A DNA stretch of 64,000 nt from Methanobacteriota archaeon (GTDB taxonomy: Archaea > Thermoplasmatota > Poseidoniia > Poseidoniales > Poseidoniaceae): the NCBI GenBank assembly GCA_018662825.1, contig JABJFI010000065.1, positions 4,223 to 68,222 of the forward strand, in the 5' to 3' direction. Positions 44,823 through 54,340 of the stretch are shown here, in pieces. Position 1 is the first letter of the stretch. Each line of letters starts with the position of its first letter. The notes beneath the pieces were generated by a model, which did no database searches, was not told where the DNA came from, and worked only from the letters and a program-made list of their open reading frames with translations. Made by a program: the position numbers and the translations under genes.

Positions 44823-47416
44823 ACTGTTAGGCGCAAAACTTTGACAACGTGTTCAAGTGATGGAATTGTGAAATTTTCAAGTGGTGGCGAAAATGGAACA
44901 GGAGTGTCCAAAGCACCGATGACAAGTGGTGCTGCTTCAAGTGAATAGAAGGTTGATTCCAAAATCCGACTTTGAATACTATGGCCTAATCCACCACACC
45001 ATTGTCCTTCTTGTAAGATTACCAAACGACCAGTTCGCTGAACCGATTCAATGCAGGTTTGAGCGTCAAATGGAAGCAATGTTCGCAGATCTACTATTTC
45101 GACTTCAATATCTTCAGAGACAAGTTGTTCAGCAGCCTGTTGGGCGACATGAAGCATTGAGCCCCATGTCACCAAAGTCACATCACGACCTCCGCGCACT
45201 ACAGCTGCCTTTCCTAGTTTGTACCGTTCACCATTGGCAATGGCTTGCTTGACTGATTCAGTATCAACCACTTGGTTGATGTTTTGGCCCCAACCGGTCA
45301 ATCCTCCACGCAGGCCATACAAACCAATGTGCTCTAAAAATAAGACAGGGTCATTCAATTCTGCACCTTCCATCATGAGGTCGTAGGCATCTTGAGGTGT
45401 GCCTGCGGCTACAACGACCAATCCGGGGTCATTAGCAAACCAGGATTCAATCATGTTTGCATGGAACGGACCTGAGCGGGTATGTCCACCTAATGGAATA
45501 CGAACTGTCATTGGGCAATCAGCACCCCAGCGCCAACGAAGCATCGCAGCATTATTGACTAAAGCATTGAATCCAAGTGCAGCAAATCCGCCAAATTGAA
45601 TCTCTACCATTGGGCGCATTCCTGAAAGAGCAGTACCAACGCCTGTGTGAACGATTGCTGCTTCACATAATGGCATATCAATGAGTTTGTCAGAATGTCC
45701 TGCATTCTTTAATGCCATATTCATCCCAAAGGCACCTGCTACTTCCATGTCTTCACCAATAAAAATACAATCATCTCCATGACGTGTTGCGATATCTACC
45801 ATCGCTTGTTGTATTGCACGAGCATATGTCCATCCACCTTTTTCGGCATAAGTGAGGATTGATTCACCGACCTCGAGCAAAGAATCGAACACTTCTACTT
45901 CTTGGCTTCGTGACAAACGTGTTAATCGTTGTTCATGGGTTTCTGCATCGTTCAGTAGTGTCACCCCTTTGGTCACGGTTTCAGGTTCCGGCCATGCCAT
46001 CTGCTCAATTGCTTCTCGAGCAGTTTCGATGTCCTGTTGCTCTTGAGCCTCCATTTCAAGTAGTGATGTTTCTTCAAGGCCTAGGTCCAGAAGCAATTGA
46101 CGGTGAGTTGGCAAAGGGTCTTTTGCTTCCCAGTATGCAAGTAAATCCCGATCTACATATCCTGGAGGAGTTCCGGATTCATTTCCAAGATACAAGTCAT
46201 CGTGATGGTGTGCATGGCCACATCCACGCATCGTTTCAACATGGATGAGTGTTGGCCCACCTCCGTTCAAAGAAAATTCTCGAGCGCAAGCGGTACTTGC
46301 ATACCATGCAGCAGGGTCAGAGCCATCGATGGTCCAAGCAGGAAAACCCATTGCATCGGCTTTATCAGCCCAAACCTCAACACCAGATTGTTTAGTTGGT
46401 GAGGTATCTAAAGCGATTTGATTGTTTTGAAGAATGTAGGTAATAGGAAGGCCACGTGCTCCTGCAAGATTCATCGCTTCCCAAAATTCACCTGAGGATG
46501 AGGAGCCTTCGCCAATACAAGCAACTTGGAATCGGCTGAGTTTTTGTCTCCATGCAGCAAAAGCAAGGCCTGTCATGGTTACACTGGCAATTGGTAGAGG
46601 TGCGGTTGGTGGTAAAACACCTACATGCCATGCTCCAACGTGGAGGTCACGGCCACCTGCATCTTCCCAGCCCCCGTTTTGATTCGAACCGACTTTTCCT
46701 AAATTTGCAGCCATGACATCCAAGGGAGTATCTCCCATGGCCAATCCAAGACCAATATCTCGAATCATTGGAGCCACAAGGTCTCCATCGTAGCCTTTTC
46801 CGGGTCGGGCATCACGAGGTGTATCAGGTTGACGTTTGAGGGCTGTTGCAACTGCAACAACGCCTTCTTGCCATGTTGAACGAAAACCTTTGCCTCCAAA
46901 AGAAGAACCATCTGGAGTCTCAATTCCCTCCGAAAAAATCGATTTCAATTCGGTATCCAACATCCGAGTACGCGTCATCATTGTTTGCCATTCGATGCGT
47001 TGCTCCATCGTTACCGACATATAGTGGGCTAATCGACGGAATACAAGACGTAAATCAAGTAAAAAATGTTGAGACCTGCGATCTAAAAAATCTTTCAAAG
47101 TTCGACGTGGAATCACTTCGACATCTGAATCATCCTTCATCTTAGCATCGACTTGAGCAATCAAACCTCGTTTGACTGCTTCGACAAATCTTTGACTGAA
47201 CTGATGCCACGAAGGGCCTTCGAATTGTTTTGATTCATTCTCAATCAAAACATCCCAAACGTTGGCAACAAGAAAAAGGTGGCCGTCGTGTCTCTGCGTA
47301 ATATAACGCAAAATTTCTCTTCGCGCAGCATCGGCAAGAAGAGGTTGAGAGAATACCAGTGACTCTTTTGGAGTCCAATCAGTTCCATGGATGACTGGCA
47401 AATCCCCTTGGCTCAT
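44813..47416 (-). CDS. fused E1 alpha+beta thiamine-diphosphate 2-oxoacid dehydrogenase component
   Basis: Alpha part: CIGEGSSSSGEFWEAMNLAGARGLPITYILQNNQIA (TPP motif). Beta part: IGEDMEVAGAFGMN..DMPLCEAAIVHTGVGTALSGMRPMVEIQFGGFA. Start taken at ATG 47416; the track start 47464 is GTG. Confidence 0.85.
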   Translation of the reverse strand: MSQGDLPVIHGTDWTPKESLVFSQPLLADAARREILRYITQRHDGHLFLVANVWDVLIENESKQFEGPSWHQFSQRFVEAVKRGLIAQVDAKMKDDSDVEVIPRRTLKDFLDRRSQHFLLDLRLVFRRLAHYMSVTMEQRIEWQTMMTRTRMLDTELKSIFSEGIETPDGSSFGGKGFRSTWQEGVVAVATALKRQPDTPRDARPGKGYDGDLVAPMIRDIGLGLAMGDTPLDVMAANLGKVGSNQNGGWEDAGGRDLHVGAWHVGVLPPTAPLPIASVTMTGLAFAAWRQKLSRFQVACIGEGSSSSGEFWEAMNLAGARGLPITYILQNNQIALDTSPTKQSGVEVWADKADAMGFPAWTIDGSDPAAWYASTACAREFSLNGGGPTLIHVETMRGCGHAHHHDDLYLGNESGTPPGYVDRDLLAYWEAKDPLPTHRQLLLDLGLEETSLLEMEAQEQQDIETAREAIEQMAWPEPETVTKGVTLLNDAETHEQRLTRLSRSQEVEVFDSLLEVGESILTYAEKGGWTYARAIQQAMVDIATRHGDDCIFIGEDMEVAGAFGMNMALKNAGHSDKLIDMPLCEAAIVHTGVGTALSGMRPMVEIQFGGFAALGFNALVNNAAMLRWRWGADCPMTVRIPLGGHTRSGPFHANMIESWFANDPGLVVVAAGTPQDAYDLMMEGAELNDPVLFLEHIGLYGLRGGLTGWGQNINQVVDTESVKQAIANGERYKLGKAAVVRGGRDVTLVTWGSMLHVAQQAAEQLVSEDIEVEIVDLRTLLPFDAQTCIESVQRTGRLVILQEGQWCGGLGHSIQSRILESTFYSLEAAPLVIGALDTPVPFSPPLENFTIPSLEHVVKVLRLTVQS

Positions 47417-47487
47417 GGTTTGGCCAAAGGTCACCCACATACAAACACGACGGCTGAGTGGCACGAGACTATTTTTTGTTCAAGTTC

Positions 47488-48267
47488 TTATTCTTCTTCA
47501 GGAATTGCATCCTGAAGTGCCTTCATTGAAGCACGAGTGACAATGACTGTTGCCAAGATTGAAACAAATATTCCAACTATAAGCATGGCATTTCCCATTG
47601 GTGTTGAACTCATGCCCTCTATACCTGATGAATTGAGTGCAAAACGTCCAAGTGCATGCCCGTAGTAAGCATAAGCCAATGAATAAACGACACCTGAACA
47701 ATTCGAAATCATGTAGACACGAAGGCTAACTGGCGTTGCTGACATCAAATAATTGAGCCATTCATCAGGTATGAGAGGAGACAGTCGGACAAGAACAGAA
47801 ATTTTCATTGCATCAACTGTTAGTGCACGTTCGATGTTTTGTAATCGTGAATCGTTCGCAATAGAATGTTGAAGGCTCTCCCTAAACAACCATCGGCCAA
47901 GAAGAAAGGCAATCAGTCCGCCTATCATAGAGGCTACAAAATTGGCCGCTGCGGCAATCCAGAATGGAAAAATTGCTCCTGCTGACACTTTGATGAGAGG
48001 AGTGGGAAGCATTATGACAACTGCAAATGACAATACAAGAGTGAATACAATCGGCCCCATCGGCCCTAAATCTTCAAACCAGAACAGAATATTTTGAGCA
48101 TCTCTAAACAGAAAAAATCCGCATATCGCACAAAAGACGAGCATGAGTAGCCCAAACAAAGCACGCCACCGGTAGATTTTCGGTTGGTTTTTTTTGAGTT
48201 GTTCCAATTCGGATTTTCGGTCGACAAGCATCAATTCATTGGGTCGAGGAATTGGGTATTTCGCCAT
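47488..48267 (-). CDS. TVP38/TMEM64 (DedA-related) membrane protein
   Basis: KVSAGAIFPFWIAAAANFVASMIGGLIAFLLGRWLFRE core with 5-6 TM helices. Confidence 0.8.
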   Translation of the reverse strand: MAKYPIPRPNELMLVDRKSELEQLKKNQPKIYRWRALFGLLMLVFCAICGFFLFRDAQNILFWFEDLGPMGPIVFTLVLSFAVVIMLPTPLIKVSAGAIFPFWIAAAANFVASMIGGLIAFLLGRWLFRESLQHSIANDSRLQNIERALTVDAMKISVLVRLSPLIPDEWLNYLMSATPVSLRVYMISNCSGVVYSLAYAYYGHALGRFALNSSGIEGMSSTPMGNAMLIVGIFVSILATVIVTRASMKALQDAIPEEE

Positions 48268-48269
48268 GA

Positions 48270-49358
48270 TTATTCCTCTTCTTCAGCTTCAGGTAAAGCC
48301 GCCAATACATCACCAAGCATCTGCGTTGCATCTTCTATTTGTGTGATCAAAGTAAGGTCTGATACCGCGCCAGGGCGACCAAGACTCCACATAAGTTCAG
48401 AAACTACTTCTGTTGTTAATCGTGTCAATTCAAGAACTTCAGGGTCGATAGGAACCATTGTCTCCAAACTGTGTAAAGCAACAAGGTCAGGTTGTTCATC
48501 GAGTATGGAATCCATTGCCTCTTCGACTTCATTGGCTATCTCTTGCGCTTGGGCTTCAAGAATCCCTTCCATGGATGAAGAAATGCCTTGTTTCATTTTT
48601 TTTGCTTGAATGCCACCAAGTGAAGCGCCACTTTTGACTTGGCTTGGCGAAGACGGCCCAGAAGGAGTTTGTTGTTGAGCATCAGAACCTTCAGCCCCTT
48701 GGTTTGGAGGAATCAGTTGTCCATCTGCACTCGCTTGGTCCACCAATTTGTTAAGGGCTAAACGAAGCATTGAAGACATTGAAGAAGAATCGAGTTCTGT
48801 AGAAACTTCCAAACCTTCTTCATCCATTTGTGAAAGGATTTCATCAATAAAATCCGTATTTATTTTTTCAGGACCTACGAGGCCTTTCAACATTGGAAGA
48901 GCCCATGTACTATCGCCCATGGTCATTGATACATCGAAACTGCCTCCCCCAGTTTGGCCACTAGAAACATCTGCAGGAGGGGGGACAAATTGTTTGCGAG
49001 TATGCTTATTTAATTGTTGAATGAGCACATTCATGTCAACTGGTTTTGAAATAACTTCAGCAACCCCTGATTGAGCCGCACTCACTCGATATTCTTGCGA
49101 AGAATTTCTTGTTAGAATCACAATTCGACATTTGAAAGCAAATTCCGGGTCACCCATCAAACGTTGAGCCGCGTCAATGGCATCGCCGGTTTTCCATTCA
49201 CCATCAATGAGAACCACTTCTGGCATAATTGCAAGAGCTGTTCCTTCAGCCTGTCGAAGAGTTGCAGCACGAGTAATATCGAATCCTTCACGCTCAAGGG
49301 TATTTGCGAGAAGAGAACGACGACCTTCATTTTCGTCTGCAACGATGACTTTGGCCAT
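48270..49358 (-). CDS. response regulator receiver domain protein with long uncharacterised acidic C-terminal region
   Basis: The REC residues are all present: ADENE acidic pair, VVLIDGEW (Asp), ILTRN (Thr) and ISKP (Lys). ATG 49358 is preceded by GGGAGGG 5 nt upstream. Confidence 0.8.
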   Translation of the reverse strand: MAKVIVADENEGRRSLLANTLEREGFDITRAATLRQAEGTALAIMPEVVLIDGEWKTGDAIDAAQRLMGDPEFAFKCRIVILTRNSSQEYRVSAAQSGVAEVISKPVDMNVLIQQLNKHTRKQFVPPPADVSSGQTGGGSFDVSMTMGDSTWALPMLKGLVGPEKINTDFIDEILSQMDEEGLEVSTELDSSSMSSMLRLALNKLVDQASADGQLIPPNQGAEGSDAQQQTPSGPSSPSQVKSGASLGGIQAKKMKQGISSSMEGILEAQAQEIANEVEEAMDSILDEQPDLVALHSLETMVPIDPEVLELTRLTTEVVSELMWSLGRPGAVSDLTLITQIEDATQMLGDVLAALPEAEEEE

Positions 49359-49458
49359 TATATCCCTCCCTTCAACTACAGGAACGGCTGTAGAGTATTG
49401 AACCTCACCCTTCAAGGAGGTAAGGGGGAGACGGTTCTAGAGGACATCATAGAAGCCG

Positions 49459-50664
49459 TCAGCCGTGAATGATTTCGTCAGGCAATAACGATTGCCAAGC
49501 CATAATACCGCCTTCAAGGTTAAACAAAGATGTTCCTTCATAGCCTGCTTGCATCAACAACATCGCCGCCATTTGAGAACGCATGCCACTGCGGCAATAA
49601 ATCAGTACTTCGCGGTTTTTCGGGATTGAATCGACCATAGAAAGAACTGCTTCATGATTGATTAGTAAGTCGCATGAGGCAACATGTGCTTGCTCATATT
49701 CTCCTTCAGAACGGACATCTAAGATGAAGGGGTTCCAACCAGAATTTCGGCGTTCGACATAATCAGTCATCGTAATCGTGTTAAACATTGTTTCAAGATG
49801 CAAGGTTTCCCCTTCTTTAACATCGCCCATAACGGTTCTTCTCATGCACCATTCTTCATCATCAAACATGGCTGTACTGAGTGATAAATCAGAAATAACT
49901 TCACGTTCAGAATTATGAGAAAAACGAAGCGTTTCAAAGGTCATACCTTCTGCATCATAAATGAGAAGTCGGCCACTGAGTGCCTCTCCTAGGCGAAGAA
50001 TAATTTTGATGGCTTCATTGGCTTGCAAGGAACCTATGACTCCAGGCAAAACCCCTAGAACGCCACCTTCAGCACATGAGGGTACTGATTGGGGAGGTGG
50101 GACCTCAGAAAATAAATCACGATAACATGGGCCTTGATGTAAATTAAAAACGCTCACTTGCCCTTCAAAGCGATATATAGAACCATAGACCCAAGGCGTA
50201 TTATTCAAGAAACAAGCATCATCAATGAGGTACCGAGTCGGAAGGTTATCGGTTCCATCAATCACAACATCCCAGCCTTCATTCAATATTGATTCAATGT
50301 TTTCTGGAGCTAATCGCACTTCAAAGATTGAGATTTTCAATCCTGGATTCAATTCAAGAAGGCGATTGCGTGCCGATTCTACTTTTGGTTGACCAATGGT
50401 GGAAGTTGAATGGATGACTTGGCGTTGAAGGTTAGACAAATCGACTGCATCATCATCAACAATTCCAATATGTCCAATTCCAGCAGCGGCAAGATAGAGT
50501 AGAACCGGACTACCAAGCCCTCCTGCCCCGATAACAAGAACACTTGATTGATTGAGAAGATGCTGACCTTCAATACCAACTTGGGGTAAAGAAATGTGAC
50601 GAGCATAACGCTGAACATCGATATTCACAAGCAATCCCAAGTCGTCCAAGCAAGACCCAAACAT
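49459..50664 (-). CDS. ThiF/MoeB-type E1 adenylyltransferase fused to a rhodanese domain (MoeZ/MoeBR-like)
   Basis: VLVIGAGGLGSPVLLYLAAAGIGHIGIVDDDAVDLSNLQRQ and CAEGGVLG motifs, with a C-terminal rhodanese active-site loop YCRSGMRS. Confidence 0.85.
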   Translation of the reverse strand: MFGSCLDDLGLLVNIDVQRYARHISLPQVGIEGQHLLNQSSVLVIGAGGLGSPVLLYLAAAGIGHIGIVDDDAVDLSNLQRQVIHSTSTIGQPKVESARNRLLELNPGLKISIFEVRLAPENIESILNEGWDVVIDGTDNLPTRYLIDDACFLNNTPWVYGSIYRFEGQVSVFNLHQGPCYRDLFSEVPPPQSVPSCAEGGVLGVLPGVIGSLQANEAIKIILRLGEALSGRLLIYDAEGMTFETLRFSHNSEREVISDLSLSTAMFDDEEWCMRRTVMGDVKEGETLHLETMFNTITMTDYVERRNSGWNPFILDVRSEGEYEQAHVASCDLLINHEAVLSMVDSIPKNREVLIYCRSGMRSQMAAMLLMQAGYEGTSLFNLEGGIMAWQSLLPDEIIHG

Positions 50665-50679
50665 AAACTCATTGAGAGG

Positions 50680-51618
50680 TCAATGTTGGTCTTCGAGCCA
50701 CTTTTCAACATCAATAGCGGCTTGACAACCCATTCCAGCCGCAGTAATTGCCTGTTTGTAGCGAGTATCCACTACATCGCCGGCTGCAAAAACGCCTTCA
50801 ACAGAAGTCATTGTGTGTTTCTTATGAATAATATAACCTTCTTTATCAACCTCAACTTGCCCTCCAAGGAATCCAGTAATTGGTTTGTGACCAATAGCTA
50901 TGAATGCGCCTGTAACGTTGATATTTTCTGTTGTACCATCTCGGGGGTCTTCAAGAACTGCTCCTGTCAGACCTTTTTCATCGGAAAGCCACTCCTTTAC
51001 TTGGCGGAAAGTTTTGATTTCAATTTTCTCATGTTTCGATGCTCTCTCAATCATAATGGTTGATGCTCGGAAAACATCTCTACGATGGACAAGCGTGACT
51101 TTTGATGCGAATCTTGTAAGGAAGGTTGCCTCTTCACAAGCCGAATCACCACCACCGATTACCATAACTTCTTCATTTTTGAAAAAGGCTCCATCACAGG
51201 TAGCACATGTTGAGATGCCCCTGCCTTTCTGCTCATCTTCTCCCGGTGCATTCAACCAAATAGATTCTGCACCGGTTGAAACGATGATCGCATGAGTAAG
51301 AAAAGTCTCTCCTTCAACAATCACTTTGTAAGGTCGTTGTGAGAGGTCTACCGATTCGACATTTTGGTCACGAACTTCAAGTCCAAATCGTTCTGCTTGT
51401 TCTCGCAATTCCATCATCATCTCTGGCCCACCTATGCCCTTTGGATAACCTGGAAAGTTCTCTATGTCGGAAGTAAGCATTAACTGACCTCCTGACATGT
51501 AACCTGCGAACATTAGCGGTTCAAGCATTGCTCTAGCCGAATAGAGGCCTGCAGTATATCCTGCAGGGCCTGAACCGATAATTATGACATTGTGTACTGT
51601 TGACATGGCCTTCTCCAT
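50680..51618 (-). CDS. trxB: thioredoxin reductase
   Basis: IIIGSGPAGYTAG, redox-active CATCDG and GGGDSACEEA motifs. Confidence 0.9.
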   Translation of the reverse strand: MEKAMSTVHNVIIIGSGPAGYTAGLYSARAMLEPLMFAGYMSGGQLMLTSDIENFPGYPKGIGGPEMMMELREQAERFGLEVRDQNVESVDLSQRPYKVIVEGETFLTHAIIVSTGAESIWLNAPGEDEQKGRGISTCATCDGAFFKNEEVMVIGGGDSACEEATFLTRFASKVTLVHRRDVFRASTIMIERASKHEKIEIKTFRQVKEWLSDEKGLTGAVLEDPRDGTTENINVTGAFIAIGHKPITGFLGGQVEVDKEGYIIHKKHTMTSVEGVFAAGDVVDTRYKQAITAAGMGCQAAIDVEKWLEDQH

Positions 51619-51695
51619 CTAACCTCTGAGTCAAGGGGGTGTTTGAAGGTTCGCTCGTCGACCTTCCGCAGGGCAAATCTAATCATGAAACCAAA

Positions 51696-51935
51696 TTAAT
51701 CTAAATCATCTGTAAGGTTATTTCGACCCTTTATACGTTTGAAGAGCCAACGAGAAAATATCATCGAAAATAAAAGAAATCCGACTGACACAGGCCAAGG
51801 TGCTTCTGCAGATGTCGAGAGAAAATAAGTGACCAAAAGGATTCCTGCGCCATAAAATGCACGGAATATTGAGAATGCGATGAATGACCGAACAACTGGA
51901 TTCGCAAGTGCTTGTTGTAACTTTGGCTCTACCAT
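51696..51935 (-). CDS. small 2-TM membrane protein
   Basis: Start placed at ATG 51935 (GAGGT 7 nt upstream), which removes the overlap with ribH. No family recognised. Confidence 0.5.
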   Translation of the reverse strand: MVEPKLQQALANPVVRSFIAFSIFRAFYGAGILLVTYFLSTSAEAPWPVSVGFLLFSMIFSRWLFKRIKGRNNLTDDLD

Positions 51936-51957
51936 TTTGAAACCTCTAACGAGTGAT

Positions 51958-52356
51958 TCATTGAAGCATCGAAGCAATTGCAGCTACTGCTGCACGCGCA
52001 TGTGGTTCAAGTCGAGGGGCAATATGTTCTGGTTCTGCACCAGGCCCGATGATTCCTAAACCGACTGGTTTTTCATGGACTAGTTGTAATTCAATGATGG
52101 TCTTAATTACGGCTTGACCCATTGCAAGTCCATGTTGAGTCTGTCCTTTTTCTATGATGCCAAGACATGCTACTCCGTCGATTTCATCATCGGCTAATAG
52201 ACGGTCGAGGGCAAGAGGAACTTCCATTGCACCAGGCACCCAAACAACTTCGAGAATCTCAAGTCCATGAAGAGTCGCTTCTTCACGTGCCCAGGTGAGC
52301 ATGCGTTCAATTTCTGTACGGTGGAACGAACCACATACGAGGGCAATATTTGACAT
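51958..52356 (-). CDS. ribH: 6,7-dimethyl-8-ribityllumazine synthase family protein
   Basis: IALVCGSFHRTE..VWVPGAMEVPLA..GVACLGIIEKGQTQH..PVGLGIIGPG follows the lumazine synthase pattern. An archaeal riboflavin-synthase paralogue cannot be excluded by eye. Confidence 0.65.
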   Translation of the reverse strand: MSNIALVCGSFHRTEIERMLTWAREEATLHGLEILEVVWVPGAMEVPLALDRLLADDEIDGVACLGIIEKGQTQHGLAMGQAVIKTIIELQLVHEKPVGLGIIGPGAEPEHIAPRLEPHARAAVAAIASMLQ

Positions 52357-52360
52357 CTGA

Positions 52361-52969
52361 TTAACTCCTTTTCTCTTCAATAACACGTTCCACTGTTGCA
52401 ACAATCGTTTGTGTCGTGGAATCGATTTCAAGATTCACTGCATCACCAACTTCCTTTCCAACCAAGGTCGTCAAGCGAAGAGTTTCGGGAATGATGTGTA
52501 ATGAAAATTTACCATCACCCACTTTCCCAACAGTGAGAGAAATGCCATCGACAGCAATGTAGCCTTTCTCTATTACATATTTTTGAATATCCGCAGGAAC
52601 AAGAACATCATAATCCATGCCTTCACCTTGTTCTTGTTTTGAGTGTAAAATCCCTGTTGACATAATGTGCCCTGAAAGTAAATGGCCACCTATTTCATCA
52701 CCAAACTTCAAAGAGCGTTCAATGTTTACCTTTTGACCAATCAAGATTTGACCGAGTGTCGTTCGAGTCAATGTTTCTGTAATAACATCGAAGTCGACAA
52801 CTGAATCATTGATTGAAACTGCAGTAAGACAGACACCATCAACCGAAACACTTGCCCCTGTTTCCAAATCCATTGTGTTGGGTAATTCGATTTGTAAGGT
52901 GTGAATACTTTGATTTTTTGCGACGTCAATTATCGTCCCAGTACCTTGAATAATACCGGTAAACATCAA
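52361..52969 (-). CDS. ribE: riboflavin synthase, eubacterial two-barrel type
   Basis: MFTGIIQGTGTI N-terminus and the internal repeat GHIMSTG..VDGISLTV. Confidence 0.85.
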   Translation of the reverse strand: MMFTGIIQGTGTIIDVAKNQSIHTLQIELPNTMDLETGASVSVDGVCLTAVSINDSVVDFDVITETLTRTTLGQILIGQKVNIERSLKFGDEIGGHLLSGHIMSTGILHSKQEQGEGMDYDVLVPADIQKYVIEKGYIAVDGISLTVGKVGDGKFSLHIIPETLRLTTLVGKEVGDAVNLEIDSTTQTIVATVERVIEEKRS

Positions 52970-53418
52970 GCATCATTCTCCTTTTGAGGTTGCGAAGAAA
53001 GTTGGAGAATTCGAGCAATAATCTTGCGAGTTCCGTCTAGATCATCAGATAATCCTTCAACTCGAGTAACCTGAATATTTCCAAAACCGAGTTGTTCAAG
53101 TTTTGTACGAATTCTGCCTTCAGCATGTTCTTGGTCGTATCCTAAAGCAATAATATCCGGTTTAACATGCGGCAAAATATCAAAAATTGGAACATCTGGG
53201 GGGTTTCCAATTATCGCTTCATCGACTGGTTTCAAACCTTCTACCATCCTTCGGCGCAAATCTTGACCTGTCACAGGCTCATGCTTTCGTATTCTAACTG
53301 TGTCATCATGAGCTACTACAACTGTGAGGTGCTCTCCAAGAGATTTGGCTTGTTCCAAATAATGCAAATGACCTGCATGAAGTAAGTCAAAAACTCCGAC
53401 TGCCATAACTCGTTTCAT
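52966..53418 (-). CDS. ribL: FAD synthetase (FMN adenylyltransferase), archaeal RibL type
   Basis: Cytidylyltransferase-like VMAVGVFDLLHAGHLHYLEQAK. Start placed at ATG 53418. Confidence 0.8.
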   Translation of the reverse strand: MKRVMAVGVFDLLHAGHLHYLEQAKSLGEHLTVVVAHDDTVRIRKHEPVTGQDLRRRMVEGLKPVDEAIIGNPPDVPIFDILPHVKPDIIALGYDQEHAEGRIRTKLEQLGFGNIQVTRVEGLSDDLDGTRKIIARILQLSSQPQKENDA

Positions 53419-53482
53419 CTGCTCACCTGTTGTTGTGAATGTATAGTCCCTCAAGGTTTTACCGGCCAAAATAATTTTACAT

Positions 53483-54199
53483 TCATTGCATGTTCAAGGC
53501 TTCAATCAATTGAGCCCCTTCGAGGAATGGAATGCCTCGTTCGTTTGCCCATATTCTTGCATCATCGACGGCGAGAGCATAATCTCCATCGCTCTGAAGC
53601 ATCTCTGCCCCAATGACTACGGGCGTCATTCCTGCAAGACGTGAAAGGCCAACCGCTAATTCAGTATGCCCTTGTCTTCGAGAAAGTCCACCTTCGGTTT
53701 CGCGACAAACTGGGATGTGCCCTGGAGTTCGAAATTCCTTACCCAAAGCGGCTTGGGCCTCATCACCAGAAATTCCTGCTTTGGTTAATTCTGCTGATAA
53801 TTCTGCGAAACGACGGGTTGTGAGTGCACGGTCATGGTCGGTGATTCCAGTATATGTTTCGCGGTGATTCAACGACAAGGTAAACGCAGAACGAGCGTCG
53901 TATCGCAAATCGTTGGTCACTAATTGATTGAGTACTGGAAATCGCTGAATCAGTGATTCTTGAGTATGGAGGTCTTGAAGAAACGGCAGTGAAAATAATT
54001 CTCCGATTTCATGACCAATGGCTAGAAATAACAAGCCTCCACATTCCATTCTCAACTGACGCATTGTCTCAGGAACTGCGTTTTGCCCAGGGAACAATAA
54101 ATCGGTTTCACCTTCCCTTTTTTCAGAGTCAAATAAACACACTGGCATTCCATTCTGGAAAGCGCTTACTGCGGCTTTGACTGCTTCGTCCATAGTCAT
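53483..54199 (-). CDS. ribB: 3,4-dihydroxy-2-butanone 4-phosphate synthase
   Basis: REGETDLLFPG, FRTPGHIPV and RQGHTELAVGLSRLAG motifs. Confidence 0.85.
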   Translation of the reverse strand: MTMDEAVKAAVSAFQNGMPVCLFDSEKREGETDLLFPGQNAVPETMRQLRMECGGLLFLAIGHEIGELFSLPFLQDLHTQESLIQRFPVLNQLVTNDLRYDARSAFTLSLNHRETYTGITDHDRALTTRRFAELSAELTKAGISGDEAQAALGKEFRTPGHIPVCRETEGGLSRRQGHTELAVGLSRLAGMTPVVIGAEMLQSDGDYALAVDDARIWANERGIPFLEGAQLIEALNMQ

Positions 54200-54340
54200 G
54201 CCTCAGCCGCAGGAGTTCATCAATGGTCGTATGGACTATTCTAACGATGGAAGAGGAAAATACTGATATTTTGGCGGACAGCCAACGGAAAGGGGTTATC
54301 ATAGGAAGACCCTTGGGTCGTTCCTGCGGGGATGTGAAGT

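Noticed and set aside
51696-51977. Small ORF near the MoeZ-like E1 as a possible ubiquitin-like SAMP/MoaD carrier
   Set aside because: It is hydrophobic (two TM helices) and ends in ...LTDDLD rather than a Gly-Gly terminus.
54200-54340. Possible FMN (RFN) riboswitch or other structured RNA upstream of ribB, including an 8-bp inverted repeat ccgcagga (54207-54214) / tcctgcgg (54322-54329)
   Set aside because: Neither strand shows the conserved RFN core blocks in the right order. The inverted repeat spans the whole divergent promoter region, so a single transcript is unlikely to contain both arms. A covariance-model scan would settle it.
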